From Octopus vulgaris (Eukaryota), in contig OX597831.1 of the NCBI GenBank assembly GCA_951406725.2, positions 19,654,001 through 19,718,000 on the forward strand: a stretch of 64,000 nt of DNA. The letters are read 5' to 3'. A model generated the notes under the pieces. It saw only the letters and a list, made by a program, of their open reading frames with translations, did no database searches and was not told the origin of the DNA. Below are positions 14,591-27,792 of this stretch, piece after piece. A program made the position numbers and the translations under genes. Positions within the stretch are counted from its first letter, which is position 1. Each line of letters begins with the position of its first letter.

Positions 14591-14818
14591 CCCATTAAGT
14601 CCCAGAGTACTTACATTTCTGAATATTACTTAAGTTTTTAAAGATGATTGAAAATAGGTTAAAATGAAAAAAAAATTATTTAAAAACTCCTTTACTCTAA
14701 GTAGAAATGAAAATACTCATACTATATGTCCTGCAAATAGGACACTGAGACAATGTGATATAGCTTATTTAATGTTCTCATTTAGTGTCCTGGTAATGGG
14801 ACAGTGGGACTTAATGGG
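14591..14818. mobile_element. piggyBac-type MITE
   Basis: TTAA at 14587-14590 and 14819-14822; 14-bp TIR CCCATTAAGTCCCA/TGGGACTTAATGGG. Confidence 0.88.
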
Positions 14819-15360
14819 TTAAAAGTATTTAAAACATCAAATGACATTATTCAAACTTGTTATTTTACAAAAGTTCGTTTAAAAAAACTAAAGTTTCTAT
14901 TCCAAACTATGAAAATATACGTATGCAACTATCCTATTTAATAAAATATCTTTTACTGCAACTCATTGTCATAATCGTTAATTTTATTCAGATTAGAAAA
15001 ATAACAAATAGAATATATCAGCAGAAAACAGCTTCTTGTTGTTGATGTTTAATACCTCGTGGCTTTAATTCGATAGGTCTGTGACCTAAAGTACTCTATC
15101 CATATTAATCCCTCTCTTAATATTATCCTTAACTCTATTCTCCTATATCTTCTCATGTTTCTTTTTTGGTGTCTATTTTTCTTTTTTAACAATAGTGTAT
15201 GGTTTGTGGCAGATTTGGCTATGACTCAGCTCAAATGGAAAACCTGTTTATTCACAATCGAAATTTATTAATAAATTCCTCTGTCAAGATTATCTTATAT
15301 GTTTTCAAACTCTTTTAACCAGACTGGCAGTAATATTTTTCACAAACAGATTCACTGTTC

Positions 15361-15594
15361 ATTATTTACATTATTTACATTCGACGGATATTTGTCCTCA
15401 TCTTGTTTGTTATTAACACAACGTTTCAAATTATATAACCTCTGGCCTTCTTCGGGTGTCTTGGGGAAATTTTGAACCTGGGTTCTCGTTCCTATTAAAC
15501 TTTGTGTTAACAACAAACAAGATGAGGATAAATATCCGTCGAATGTAAATAATGTAAATAATGCACATAATTCCTCATCTCTTGAATATAGAAC
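15361..15594 (-). mobile_element. Inverted-repeat hammerhead element, same family as 44044-44310; degenerate HHR at 15415-15460
   Basis: Arms 15361-15421 and 15502-15562 are reverse complements; minus strand GACAC-CCGAAGA-A-GGCC..GAAA-CG-TT-GTGTT. Confidence 0.75.
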
Positions 15595-16108
15595 AGCTTC
15601 ACTCTTATCATTATGTTCAAACTAATGCATTTTTAAATATCTTGCTTTTAAGTGCCTTGGTTGTTATGCAGTTAGCATCACTAAGTAATCTCTCATAAAT
15701 TTATTTCCAAAAGTATGCTAACATTTTTCCTGCTTACATTGTACAAAACTGGACGTTTGCTTATTGAGTCTGTCATATATTTGATGTGTTAGACGACGGT
15801 GGTGTGCAACTTGAGCAAGTGTCATCTCCTACAGCCGCAAGTCGACATTAACATTGTGCATAAATTTAGTTAGGAAGAAGCTGAGAGGAAGCCTCTCAGA
15901 TGGCTTCCTATGGCTAGTGTAGGCGTCCGACTAGCACAAATGGTAGAGCGTCAAATAAAATGCCATGAAGTAGATGTGGTCGTGAATCTCTATGGTCTGA
16001 GTTCGAATACAGCCGACATCAAATTTGCATTACATCCTAGCGAGGTCAATCAATGCTTTGTGAGTGATTTGGTAGAGGGTATCAGAAAGAAGCGCATCAC
16101 ATATATTG

Positions 16109-16166
<58 letters not shown>

Positions 16167-16986
16167 TCAACTTGTATGTCTGTGTGTGTATCTGTGTGTG
16201 TGTCTGTGTGTTTAACTTCCTGGCACATCTCCTCCTAGCCAACAAATCGTAGAACCACCAAATATGAGTCACTTAAAGTTTAGGCGAATGAAAATTGAAC
16301 TGCGCTATTTCTGTTCCGAAATTCATCTCGCAAGTGCAAAAATCGATAATGTGTTTGTTTAGGCCTTATCCCATGCATTGAATAGTGAACTTTACTCAGT
16401 CAGCTGTTTGATGTGAATTGTATTCACCACGCGTTCAAGCATGCGTAAATTGCATGAAAAATAAAAAATCAAGATATCAAAACGAATCGCCGTAAACACT
16501 GTAGAAATTTGGCAAAGAAATGAATTTTCGGGATGTAGCCTGGAGGGTTTTTTAGTATTAATCGTTTGGACTTTGTGAACGCATACCAATTGTTTTCATA
16601 ACATTTTTAACGCTTTGAATTAAATGTGACCATTTTGCGTTGAGTCTGCAGTTTGAATCACTTTAACCAAATTTTAACAGGACGGATTTTTGATCATCAC
16701 GATACATCGCCAGCGACTCCCTGAAACTCTCCCCTGAAATCCCCGTTGAGAAATACTGATCTAAAAGAATAATTCAACAATGCAATTATTTGATCAACAA
16801 AAATTTATGAAACGCTTCTACGTACTTCCTATTGAGGAAATGGAACACATAAGCGCAAAAATAGAGGGCATTAAATGCTTGATTTTAAATCCAAAATAAT
16901 TGAATTTTGATTGAACTTCATCCAAGTTTAGTTTAATTCGCGCGTGCATAGAACGCACGAACGCACGAACCGGGCAATACTCCTAG

Positions 16987-17018
<32 letters not shown>

Positions 17019-17156
17019 TAAATTAGGGTATCTGAGTGATACCACCATGCCGAAATAGCAGTGAAAACCCTGACTCTAAAGCCACATTAAATGCTCATAT
17101 AGCACTAGGAGAGAAGACAGAGACAAAATAAACTAGCAAAAAATTTTTTCTGGATA

Positions 17157-17215
17157 ATTCCAGATCCTGGATTTCTGGCTTTGCATAAGAGTTGCTCTGC
17201 CTTCTTCAGTGGAAT
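17157..17215 (-). ncRNA. Type I hammerhead ribozyme
   Basis: ATTCCA-CTGAAGA-AGGC..GCCA-GAAA-TCCAGGA-TC-TGGAAT. Confidence 0.75.
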
Positions 17216-17234
17216 ATATTCAGATAGCACATAA

Positions 17235-17283
<49 letters not shown>

Positions 17284-17405
17284 ACATACCATATACTTAA
17301 ATATACGAACGTCTATACATACATATATATGCACGTATGTAAACGACCAGCTTAAATTGCTCGCCTAACACCTCCTCGTGCAGTATTTATGTGCTGTCTG
17401 AGTAT

Positions 17406-17464
17406 ATTCCACTGATGAAGGCAGAGCATTTCTTATGCAGAGCCAGAAATCCGGGATCTGGAAT
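17406..17464 (+). ncRNA. Type I hammerhead ribozyme
   Basis: ATTCCA-CTGATGA-AGGC..GCAT/ATGC..GCCA-GAAA-TCCGGGA-TC-TGGAAT; AUC triplet, predicted cut after 17458. Confidence 0.78.
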
Positions 17465-17603
17465 TATCCAGTAATTGTTTTTTGCTAGTTTATTTTGTCT
17501 TTTTGTCTTCTCTCCTGGTGGTGTATAAACATTTTAATGTGGATTTAGAGTCAGGTTTTGACTGGTATTTCAGCGTGGTGATATCTCTCAGATACCCAAA
17601 TAG

Positions 17604-17745
17604 ACCCCAGGACTTATTCTTTGTAAGCCTAGTACTTATTCTATCGATCTCTCTTGCCGAACCGTTAAGTGACGGGGGCATAAATACACCAGCATCGGTT
17701 GTCAAGCACTGTTGGTGAAACAAACGCAGACACACAAACATACAC
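17604..17745 (-). mobile_element. SINE family A 3' segment (insertion site of the CR1)
   Basis: Reverse complement of 'gatagaataagtactaggcttacaaagaataagtcctgggg' seen at 44698-44740. Confidence 0.75.
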
Positions 17746-19679
17746 TCAGAGATATTGCTTGGGCTGAATTCAAAAATCTGGATTCGACTGCAGCTTTTGA
17801 GGTGTACAAAACTCAACGAGACCGAGCCGTGAAAATTGAAAAGAAAGAACGCTTCAGTTACGAATACAAAATCGCGGCAAATGCCAGTAGCAATCCAAAA
17901 ACCTTCTTTGCCCATGTCCAGCGGAATTCCCGCTTGAACAACCAGATTGCAACGTTGGTAGACTCAACAGGCGTATCGATTGAGGACCCTTATCAACAGA
18001 GTCAATTATTTGCCGAGGCTTTTTCAACTATTTTCAAACAAGATGATGGTCGTGAACCCCCTCCATTTGATAGATCGGTACCTCCAATGCTTCGATTGGT
18101 CATCACGCGGGACGAAGTCAAACGTGTTATTCAAGGCCTCGATGTCAACAAAGGTCACGGCCCTGGCGGCATACACCCACGGGTTATCAAACCGTTGGCT
18201 CCGGTCATCTGCGAGCCCTTAACACGACTATTCAATATGTCATTGGCGACGGGTGTTATACCTGCAGACTGGAGAACAGCGATAATCTGCCCAATTTTCA
18301 AGAAAGGGAGCCGCGAAGACCCGCTTAACTACCGACCGGTTTCCCTTACATCAATTATCAGCAAGATGTTCGAAACCATCCTTAAGAAAAGTATGATGCT
18401 CCACCTCCTAAACACAGCCTCTATCTCTGATTCCCAACACGGCTTCGTGCCGAAGAGATCATGCTTGACCAACTTACTTGTAATGGAAGAATTGGTGACG
18501 CGCATCCTCGATGATAGTGATGCTGTTGGCATCGTTTTACTGGACTTTGCCAAAGCTTTTGACTCGGTAAACCACCGCCTATTGCTTGTCAAGCTTCAAG
18601 CATATAGTTTCCATCCGGATATTGTACGATGGGTTGGTGCCTTCCTCTCAGATCGCTCCTTCCAAGTCCAAGTTAATGGTTCGCGGTCCGACGTCTCCAG
18701 TGCGAGCAGTGGCGTGCCTCAAAGTTCAGTGCTTGGGCCCTTGTTCTTAGTCTTCATAAATGACTTGCCCGACGACCTCACGCAACACACCCTTCTATTT
18801 GCCGACGATATCAAACTGGTCGCTCCTCGCGGTAATATAGAGGATCTTCGTCGATGCCTCCACCAAATTTGGAAGTGGTCTAACAATTGGGACCTGTGTC
18901 TGAACGTGTCAAAGTGCTGTCATCTGCCTGTCGGCTCTACTCCTGCAACTCAACTTGATTTCGAGCCGGGTCGTCTGCTGCTGGAGAGGACCGATCAGGT
19001 AAAGGACCTGGGTATCTTGGTGGATTCCTCCTTTTCGCCTTCGGCCCAGTGCGTCCATGTTGCCAACAAAGCACGCGGAATTCTGTTCTTGATTCGACGG
19101 TCATTCGGAATGCTCACAGCAGCCATATTCCTACCACTCTATGTCACGCTGGTGAGACCCATATTGGAGTATGGGATTCAAGCCTCTTCTCCTTATCTCC
19201 TCAAAGACATACAGCATCTCGAAAGAGTCCAGAAGCTGGCTACCCGCATGGTTCATGGTCTCCAAAATTTGTCCTACGAAGAAAGGCTGAGGACGCTCGA
19301 CCATTATTCTATTGAAAAACGCCGCCGCCGTGGTGATCTCATTCTCGCCCACAACATCATAAGCGGAAAGTGTAACCTCTCGAAAGAGCTGTTCTTCACT
19401 CCTGCTCCAGAGCGTCGGCTGCGGGGTCATTCCGAAAAGCTCTACCTGCGACGATTTCATCTTAATCGAAGGAGAGGAGCTTTCTCCGTCCGGGTTGCGG
19501 ATCCGTGGAACAAGCTGCCAGACGAGATGGTGAAGATGCCGACGATCGCTTTGTTCAAAGCCTCCCTTGACCTCAAGTGGCCTGAACTCTTTACATGAAC
19601 ACCACCCTGTACTTAACTCCATGTCCCCCTACATGGCCTTGCTATTTGCTTTTGAGCCAAATTAACTAACTAACTAACT
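17746..19679 (+). mobile_element. Young 5'-truncated CR1-clade LINE with (AACT)n tail
   Basis: Open RT frame to 19598, short 3' UTR, (TAAC)n tail, candidate TSD AACATACAC (17737-17745 and 19680-19688). Confidence 0.92.
17747..19598 (+). CDS. Reverse transcriptase (CR1 ORF2 C-terminal part)
   Basis: NYRPVSLTS, QHGF, LDFAKAFDSV, GVPQSSVLGP, FADDIKL, DLGI, RPILEYG, RRRGDLI; the first codons of the predicted ORF come from the upstream SINE. Confidence 0.9.
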
Positions 19680-19775
19680 AACATACACACACACACACAC
19701 ATGATGCTAACTGGTAAACCAGTTTTGGGAGGTTGAACCGAACGGTACCGGAATAATGTAGAATAAATACAGTGC

Positions 19776-19990
19776 TAATAACAATAATCCATACATGGAA
19801 TTTATAAACATTTAATGCATCGCCTGAAGAAATGAATCCATGAAGATGATCGAACTGGTACTCATAGATTCTACGAACAGTAATCATCCCAGGAATACGG
19901 ACTATGATCATAAGAGACATGTGATGTGTGGAAATTCGCATAGCGATGCATTAAATATTTATAAATTCCGTAAAAGGATAATCGTTATTA
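19776..19990 (+). ncRNA. Hammerhead-like motif with very long stem I and about 100-nt stem II region
   Basis: About 45-bp stem (..ATTTAATGCATCGC/GCGATGCATTAAAT..) closes exactly on CTGAAGA (19824-19830) and GAAA-TTCGCA-TA (19931-19942); base of stem II is decayed. Confidence 0.65.
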
Positions 19991-20002
19991 TTACTATATA
20001 AA

Positions 20003-20149
20003 GGTGCAGGAGTGGCTGTCTGGTAAGTAGTTGCTTACCAACCACATGGTTCCGGGTTCAGACCCACTGCGTGGCATCTTCGGCAAGTGTCTTCTAGCAA
20101 AGCCTTGCGAGTAGATTTGGTAGACGGAAACTGTAAGAAGTCCGTCGTA

Positions 20150-20190
<41 letters not shown>

Positions 20191-20385
20191 TTTTGTGTGT
20201 CTGTGTTTGTCCCCCAACAACCGATGCTGGTGTGTTTAGGTCCCCGTAACTTAGCGGTTCGGCAAAAGGGACCGATAGAATAAGTACGAAGCTTACACAG
20301 AATAAGTCCTGGGGTTTATTTGCTCGACTGAAAGCGGTGCTCCAGCATGGCCGCAGTCAAATGACTGAAACAAGTAAAAGAGTAT
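20003..20385 (+). mobile_element. tRNA-derived SINE family A, near full length, internal microsatellite
   Basis: tRNA-like head; 3' tail 'gcggtgctccagcatggccgcagtcaaatgactgaaacaagtaaaag'. Confidence 0.85.
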
Positions 20386-21350
20386 ATATATTTGTGTGTT
20401 TGTGTGTGTGTGTGCGTGTGTGTGTATATACTTATATGTTTATGTGTGTGTACGCATGTATGTTGTTGTACGAGTGTCTACCAGCCGCCAATAGCTTGAC
20501 AACCGATACTGGTTGGTTTACCTCTAGTACCTATACTTCCAGAGACTAGTAAGTACCAGGCCTTGAAAACTAAATACTGGGGTTGACTTTTTCGACCGAA
20601 AATATTTCAATGTTTATGCCCCTGCATGGCCACACACCAAAGTCGTAATCACATATATTTCTTTCTCCTCTCAGTCTCCTTTCTATAATTTTAAAATTTA
20701 AACTTCATTATGAAATAAGTTCAAAATTTATTTCCTGTCTTGTAATGCTACAAAATCTTTATTATCTTTTTCTTCGTCAGAGGCAATGAAAACATTCAGA
20801 CACCACAGAAGATTAATTACATTAATTATAAATATGATAAAATATGATAAATATTCTAATGAAACAAAATATTGAGTTCATAAAATGCAATTTAATTTCA
20901 AGCGGTGATGGTGGGAAAGAAATTTTAACAAAAGCCAAAGAAAATGGATACAAAGTACAAAATGAGAATTAATCAACCAAATTACATAGCCCTATTAATT
21001 ACAAAACCATACTAAGCGATGGTATTGACTGCAATACCTTAGTAATCAAATGGTCATAGTAATTAAATGGCCATGGTAATTAGATGACCATTGTAATTAA
21101 ATTGTAACAAAAATCCAGCTTATTATTGCATGTTTGATTGAAATATTGGTAACGAATTTTTAATAATTGCATTTTCTTCGAGTGGGATTGTACATGTATA
21201 TATGAGTGCACGTGCAAAGTAACACTGCATGCATACACACACACGCACGCACAAACTCACACAAACATATACATTCATACATCCCACGCACGCATATATA
21301 CATTACGGATATGTATATGTGTGCGTGTGCGTGTGTACATACATGCACAC

Positions 21351-21397
<47 letters not shown>

Positions 21398-21822
21398 CAA
21401 TTAAGATTCAAGTCAATTCTAATGAATTTACTTGAATACGGTACTAACTTAGATGCACCAGAAAACTATATGGTGTTAACCATACAGTAATGTGGGGTGA
21501 TTATAAACGAGAAAGAAGCAACAAGAATGGATTAGTTTGTTGCTTCTTTCTCGTATATATATATATATATATATATATGAATGTGTACAGATATTTGTGT
21601 ATACATATATATGAATGTATCTATGTACTCATGCATATAAGTGCATGTATACTTGCATTTATACACGTATGTATGCATGCGTGTATGTATGAGTGTGTGT
21701 AAGCATGCATGTTTTTATGCATGTATGATTTTTTTACATATACTTTTAATTAGCAGAAAGTTATTTGTCATGTGAGGCCAGAGCTCCGTGCTTGGTACTT
21801 TTCAAAGCGCGCGCACGCACAT

Positions 21823-21883
<61 letters not shown>

Positions 21884-21899
21884 ATAATAAATACTGATA

Positions 21900-23093
21900 A
21901 TAAATACATCGTTTATTGATTTAGAGCCATGATTAATTGTTAAAATCATACATGGCTAAATGGATAAATGTATCGTTAGAGACGTTCAAACGGACGACCA
22001 CCGCTTTCCAAACACATCCGCGAACGCAAAACAATAAATTCAACAGCGTTACAAAGCATATCATTTGTAACTGCCACACATTTTCTTTCATTTTTCTCTT
22101 TCATCTCATCGACTTTTGCTGGTTTTGAGCCATAAACCTTATCTTTGAGATATTCTCATACAAAGAAGTTCATTGGAGTAAGGTCTTGGGAACGCTCAAG
22201 AAATTCGCCCTATCTATCTGTTCGGAAAAATTACATCGAGGTAGGTAGGCTCTTACATCACGATGGCAGTGCAGTGATGCTCTGTCTTGTTGAAAGTAAA
22301 TCTCTTCCTCACCAAACAACTCTTCACCGCGCAGAACAATGGATTCCTACAACAAGTTTAGGTAAACATCCCCACTGACAGTTTAGTAAAAATAAGAATA
22401 GCCCTAGAATCTCCAATGCTGAGACCCCACACCACACTGTAATTCGTGGTAAGCTCAAATGGTACTCCATAGAAATATGGGGATTTTCCGGAACCCAGTT
22501 GGTGCAATTATGTTGCTTAATTGAACTACTTAACTTAAAGCTGGTCTCATCACTCCCAACAATTTTGGATGGAAATGCTGCATCTTCCTCGCATTTGCAC
22601 AGGCACCACTCAAAGAATTCAGCTCTCTGGCCAGAATTGTCTTCATTTAGAGCGTAAATTAATGTTGGGATGTAACATTTTCAACGAACTCGCTTCAAAG
22701 TGCGATGGGCGCTTGATTTTGGTATTCCTATCTCCTGGGTGACTTGTATAGATTTCTTTGGGGTTCGTTGGAGGGTTTCTCCTTTGTGATGCTGGTTGAT
22801 GACCTAAGTCTTTCGAAACTCTTCTTATGAACGTCATGCACAATTCCATCTGATTCAAACTTATCTCGGAAGCGAGCAAGGGTCTGTCGCGCAGATCGAT
22901 TTTTGTAGATGTCTTCGAAATTGTCTTCGCATTTCCAGGATGTTTTCGTGCTTCCAGGAGAACTTTATAATATTTTTTTTTCTTCAAAACTTGGTCGTAC
23001 TTCTTCCATGACTAATTTGATCTAAAAAGAAATAAATTCAATAAGTTATGGGTGGGGGCCAAAATGTGAGTACATGTTTGGAGACGCCCTGTA
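21900..23093 (-). mobile_element. Degenerate Tc1/mariner-superfamily transposon
   Basis: Minus-strand fragments KIVGSDET, VWWG and SQDLTPMNFFV*EYLKDKVY (SPDL-type motif); terminus TACAGGGCGTC. Confidence 0.65.
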
Positions 23094-23629
23094 TATATGT
23101 ACATATAGTAAAATAATTAGATCCAAATGATAGTTTGTTATATGTATACACGGCCAAGAAACTGAAAATTCAGGTGGTATAGGATTTCTTGAAAGAAATC
23201 ATGAGTAAACCCGAATAAATATATCTAACACAGAGCAACTGTCCATGAATATCTAACGCAGAGCAGCTGTCCATAAGATGAACAAGACCGTAGCGACCCA
23301 CACTCTGATTCGTTATAAGACATTACAAAGCATCTTCATATGAGAATAATCAGTCTCTTGAAATGAATTAGAAATTACTGATGTTCTAAAAGCGAATACA
23401 TGTTTTCCTGATAAGGAAAGTATAGTAATGTCAATATAATTTGGCATAGCATTCCTAAAAATAAGGCGGCGAGCTGGCCGAAACATTAGCACGTCGGTCA
23501 AAATACCTAACAGCATTTCTTTCGGTCTTGTACGTTCTAAGTTCAAATTATGTCACCGAGATCAGCGTTGTCTTTCTTTACTTCAGACTTGTAATTGTTA
23601 CGAAGCATGTAGAAATATGAATAGAAATA

Positions 23630-24200
23630 TTAGATTGTTCGGATAGTTCATGCCGATTTTTAAAGGAAAGAAAAAGGTCAATAAATACTTGCCATTACAT
23701 TTTTAATCAACCAAATATGAACCATTTTGTTGCACAATGTGCCTCCATCTTTCGCTTAACTTGAAAATACCCTCTTCCCAGAACTCAGGTGGTTTCATGG
23801 CAAAGAATTCATCAAAGTATCTTTTTGCATCATCCAAGGAATTGAATTTTTTCCCATTAAGACTATTCTGCAGAGGCATTAATAAGTGGAAATCCGAAGG
23901 AGCAATGTCTGGTGAATATGGAGGGTGGGGTAACACATCCCAGCCGAGCTGCAGCAATTTTCGCCTGGTTCCCAAAGGATCAAGTATCGAAAATGCACTT
24001 TCTTACCTTCCATTTTAAAGGGCTACAGAATCACCACAGGTTATAGGAACATAAACCTTCTTCCACGAAAAGATAGCTAAAACTGTGCTCTAAATGGAAG
24101 TGAAGTGTAGTCAAATCCTATTTTATGGACTCAACCATGTTCTAAATTAAGTCGAAAGGTAAGCTAATATAAATCGGCACGAACTTTCCAGACAACCCAA
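23630..24200 (-). mobile_element. Internally deleted mariner with TIRs and TA TSD
   Basis: ORF 23703-23975 has HPPYSPDIAPSDFHL; about 30-bp imperfect TIRs; TA at 23628 and 24201. Confidence 0.9.
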
Positions 24201-24984
24201 TACATTCATCAATCACTGCTTTATTCTGTGTCTGTCAGTCTATGAGATTCTAAAGTGGTATCCCACTTCTCCATGTACAAAGATAAACAGGTCCTGAAGA
24301 GCATCATATAAGCCATGTTTCTCACTTATCTTATTTATGTTGCTGGACCGAAGTCCTTGGAAAACCTCACTTTTGTCAAGTTTCTGATCATTCATGGTCA
24401 AAACATAATCATTGCAAATTGGTTCACTGATGGAAACGGTAATGTCCCTTGCAAACGCTTATCTCTATCAATGGCTAATTTCAAATCCGCAGCAACAACA
24501 GTTACAAAAGGATAATTAAAATTTTGTTGCTAATTGTTTGAGAATGGAATCCTTTCCTGGATCTGAAATATATCGATTCTGCTGCTCTTCGTGTTCTTGC
24601 AACAAAGTCCTTCCTACTTATGCACATTACCGACAAAACAGCTTGCAAAAATTACTGAGGCTCATTTAATTGAAACTGTGTAATTTTTAATCCGCTAAAA
24701 TGGTAGACTTATCTCATCTTTGCACTTAGAATGTTAGGATGAAACCTACATCAATTACGATGGTAACTCCAAAAGATGCCATCTGAAATTCGAAGTTAAA
24801 AATGCTGATTATTTTAAAGAAATGTTTGGACACCGTTGCAGAGATTAACAACAGCATTTTCAATAGATCTGGGGTCTCACCTAATAAAGATATACTTACT
24901 TTTGCAAAATGTAAAAACACATTTCTCCGCGTGTTACCTTTCTACTTCTTTACTTCACAGGTAGCCATTTATCACCCTACCAGT

Positions 24985-25310
24985 GAAGGTGCCTGGCTCA
25001 GTGGTTAGGGGCATTCGACTCATGATCGTATGGTCGTGAGTTCATTTCCCGGCGGCGCGTTGTGTCCTTGAGTAAGACACTTTATTTCACGTTGCTCCAG
25101 TCCATTCAGCTGGCAAAAATGATTTGTACCTGTATTTTTCAAGGGGTCAGCCTTGTCACACTCTGCGTCACGGTGAATCTCCCCAAGAACTACGTTAAGG
25201 GTACACGTGTTTGCGGAGTGCTCAACCACTTGCAAGTTAATTTCACGAGCAAAGCTGTTCCGTTGATCGTATCAGCTTGGACCCTCGTCGTCGCAACCGA
25301 CGGAGTGCTC
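24985..25310 (+). mobile_element. tRNA-derived SINE family B
   Basis: A box TGGCTCAGTGG, B-box-like GAGTTCATTTCC; related copies at 37705-38345. Confidence 0.8.
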
Positions 25311-26072
25311 CTGTTAATGGGGGTGTTAGTTCACGTTGGCTGACTAATTAAGAAAAGCATTTAGCAAGAAGTCTATTCTTATCGTCTGGTCATGGAATGT
25401 GTGACGTAATCAATATGAAGGCGTGCTTGATGTTGTTTCTCAGTTTCTTACGTGTTCCTCGTTTGTGTGGCGGCTTGTGTGTTGCGCTGCGTTTGGCATT
25501 GTTGTTATGTTCAATGCGTGGCTGGAAGCATCAATTTTGATACGGGACAGACATTCATTTATTGTCTTTTACTGTGTTTCTAACTTAGACAGCTTTCGAA
25601 AAAGCTCCTGTCCATAATATTTTCTTTTCTTTCTTTCTTGTTTTTTTTGTTTCTTTAGCAAAGTCGCATCATGAATATTTGTTTTTCAAAAATATCGATC
25701 TGGCAGTCTAAGTGTCAATGAAATAAAAGTGAAAAGAAAACAAACATTTAAACGAATGGTCAGTTCCAGGAGACTAAGAACTGTCTGTCTATACAGCGTG
25801 ATAATATTTTTCAAAGACGATAATTAAATAGAAGAGAGAGGAGAATATAAAGATAGAGATACTGGTAGAAGAAGGGTAGAAATGTTCTCGAATGGTGATG
25901 GGGTCCATTTCAGATAGAAATGAAATTATATGACATTGTGTCAAAGTTTATATTAAGCTGGGAACGTTGACAATATAAAAGATAATAGCAAAAAGAATAG
26001 TATCTGAGAATTTTAATCCTTAATATGATTGTGTGTGTGTCTGAGAGAGAGGGGGAGAGTTTGTATGTATTA

Positions 26073-26114
<42 letters not shown>

Positions 26115-26531
26115 TGTGTGTCTGTGTATACATATAAATATATGCATACATATAGATGGATAGATAGATAAATAGATAGTTATGTGTATATGTTTGTCTA
26201 TCTATATATGTATATATGTGTTCGTGCGTACGTATGTGTGTATGTATGTGTCTATGCACACACACACACACACATACCTATATAAAGGAGAACTGGGAAA
26301 ATATTGTACACAACAGTCAGTTGTGAAGACAGTGTTGTGCTGCCTTGAAACTTAAAATGTATCGTATTTGAGATCAAAGTGTTGAAGAATGTCTTTCAAT
26401 AGTATTGATGAAATACCATTCAAATATTGAAATTAACACAAAGGACAAATATATATAAATATATGGGTGGGGGGGCGTATTGCTTTTTGAGTGCCTGCGT
26501 ATGTGCATGTGTGTGGCTGAGTATACGTATA

Positions 26532-26570
<39 letters not shown>

Positions 26571-26874
26571 CTACATGTATGTGTGTGCATCTGTGCTTCT
26601 ACGTATAGTTACTGCTTAAAATAAATGCTTATGCACTAGATTAAATATATATATCCGCAGAATTCTTGTTCTCATTTCGTTCACATCACTTAAACTTCAA
26701 ACATATTCTTACTTCAATGCAAGGTGTGGTAATGCAAAATGTTTCAAATTGGCGAAATTAGTGTTCGCTGCTAAATATGAAGACCTCAAACCAATGAGAT
26801 CGTTTCTTTCCTATTCTTTGTAAGACAGAAATAGACAGACAGACAGACATACAGATGGATAGATAGATAGATAA

Positions 26875-26954
<80 letters not shown>

Positions 26955-27221
26955 TAATAATAATAATAATATTAGGGAGTAAATCCAAACTTACAGGGGA
27001 AAATTAGATTTAGGATTAAATCTAATTTTACAGTATAAATATATATTTTAAATTAGAGATAAAACCACTATAATGCAAATCAAACAGTGAAAAACATTAA
27101 CCAAAACATAGACATAAATTAATTAATATAATATACAAAATATATAAAATATAAAATTCAAAATTTAAATTATTTAAATTTAAAGTTAAAATTAATTTTT
27201 TTTTTTTAAATTATTAATTTA

Positions 27222-27465
27222 CTATATGTGGTGGATGCAGATGTCTTTAAAATAAAACTGGATCTCTTCCTGTCAGGTTTACCAGATGAACCAACTTCAC
27301 GGCAGGAGGTGCAGATGAGGGCAGCTGCATCGAACTCTTTTATGCACCAAATGGCAATTGTTAAAAAGCATTCGTGAAGTAAAATCATGTAGCAACACCA
27401 AATGGCGGTGCCCCAGCATGGCCACAGCTCGTGAGCTGAAACTAGATAAAATAAAATAAAAAAAT
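27222..27465 (+). mobile_element. CR1 3' fragment with A-rich tail
   Basis: Homologous to 33105-33315 (..LDLFLSGLPDEPTSRQEVQMRAAASNS). Confidence 0.85.
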
Positions 27466-27585
27466 AATACTTATAAATTTATATATAACGGGAAGTTTTA
27501 TGAAAATAGACAAAAGACGAAGGCAGGTGGAAAACAAACAAACAATTGTATTAGTATGGCGCTCAGGAAATATAAATAAAACAAG

Positions 27586-27623
27586 TCTTTAACGTATCGA
27601 GCCTACGCTCTTCAACAGAAAGA
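27586..27623 (-). ncRNA. pLTR hammerhead, probably inactive (GAAA>GAUA)
   Basis: Same as 30037-30074 except for one core substitution at 27596. Confidence 0.6.
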
Positions 27624-27792
27624 TACACAGAGAGAAAAAAAACACAGAAAGAAGGAGAGAATAAAAATGCGTGCAGTAACTAACGAATCAACATGGCGAT
27701 CTGATTTCGGCCAGAGGTCAAAGATCAAACATGAGACGCGAGAGCGAAATAAGGGGAGATAATAGGGTTGATAATAGGGTTGAATGACCAGC

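Larger units (their letters stand above)
17022..17600. mobile_element. Diverged inverted pair of hammerhead-bearing non-coding elements
   Basis: 17022-17238 is a diverged reverse complement of 17383-17600; each arm holds an HHR. Confidence 0.8.

Noticed and set aside
16215-16760. hAT-like remnant
   Set aside because: Only weak terminal and peptide resemblance; cannot be supported by eye
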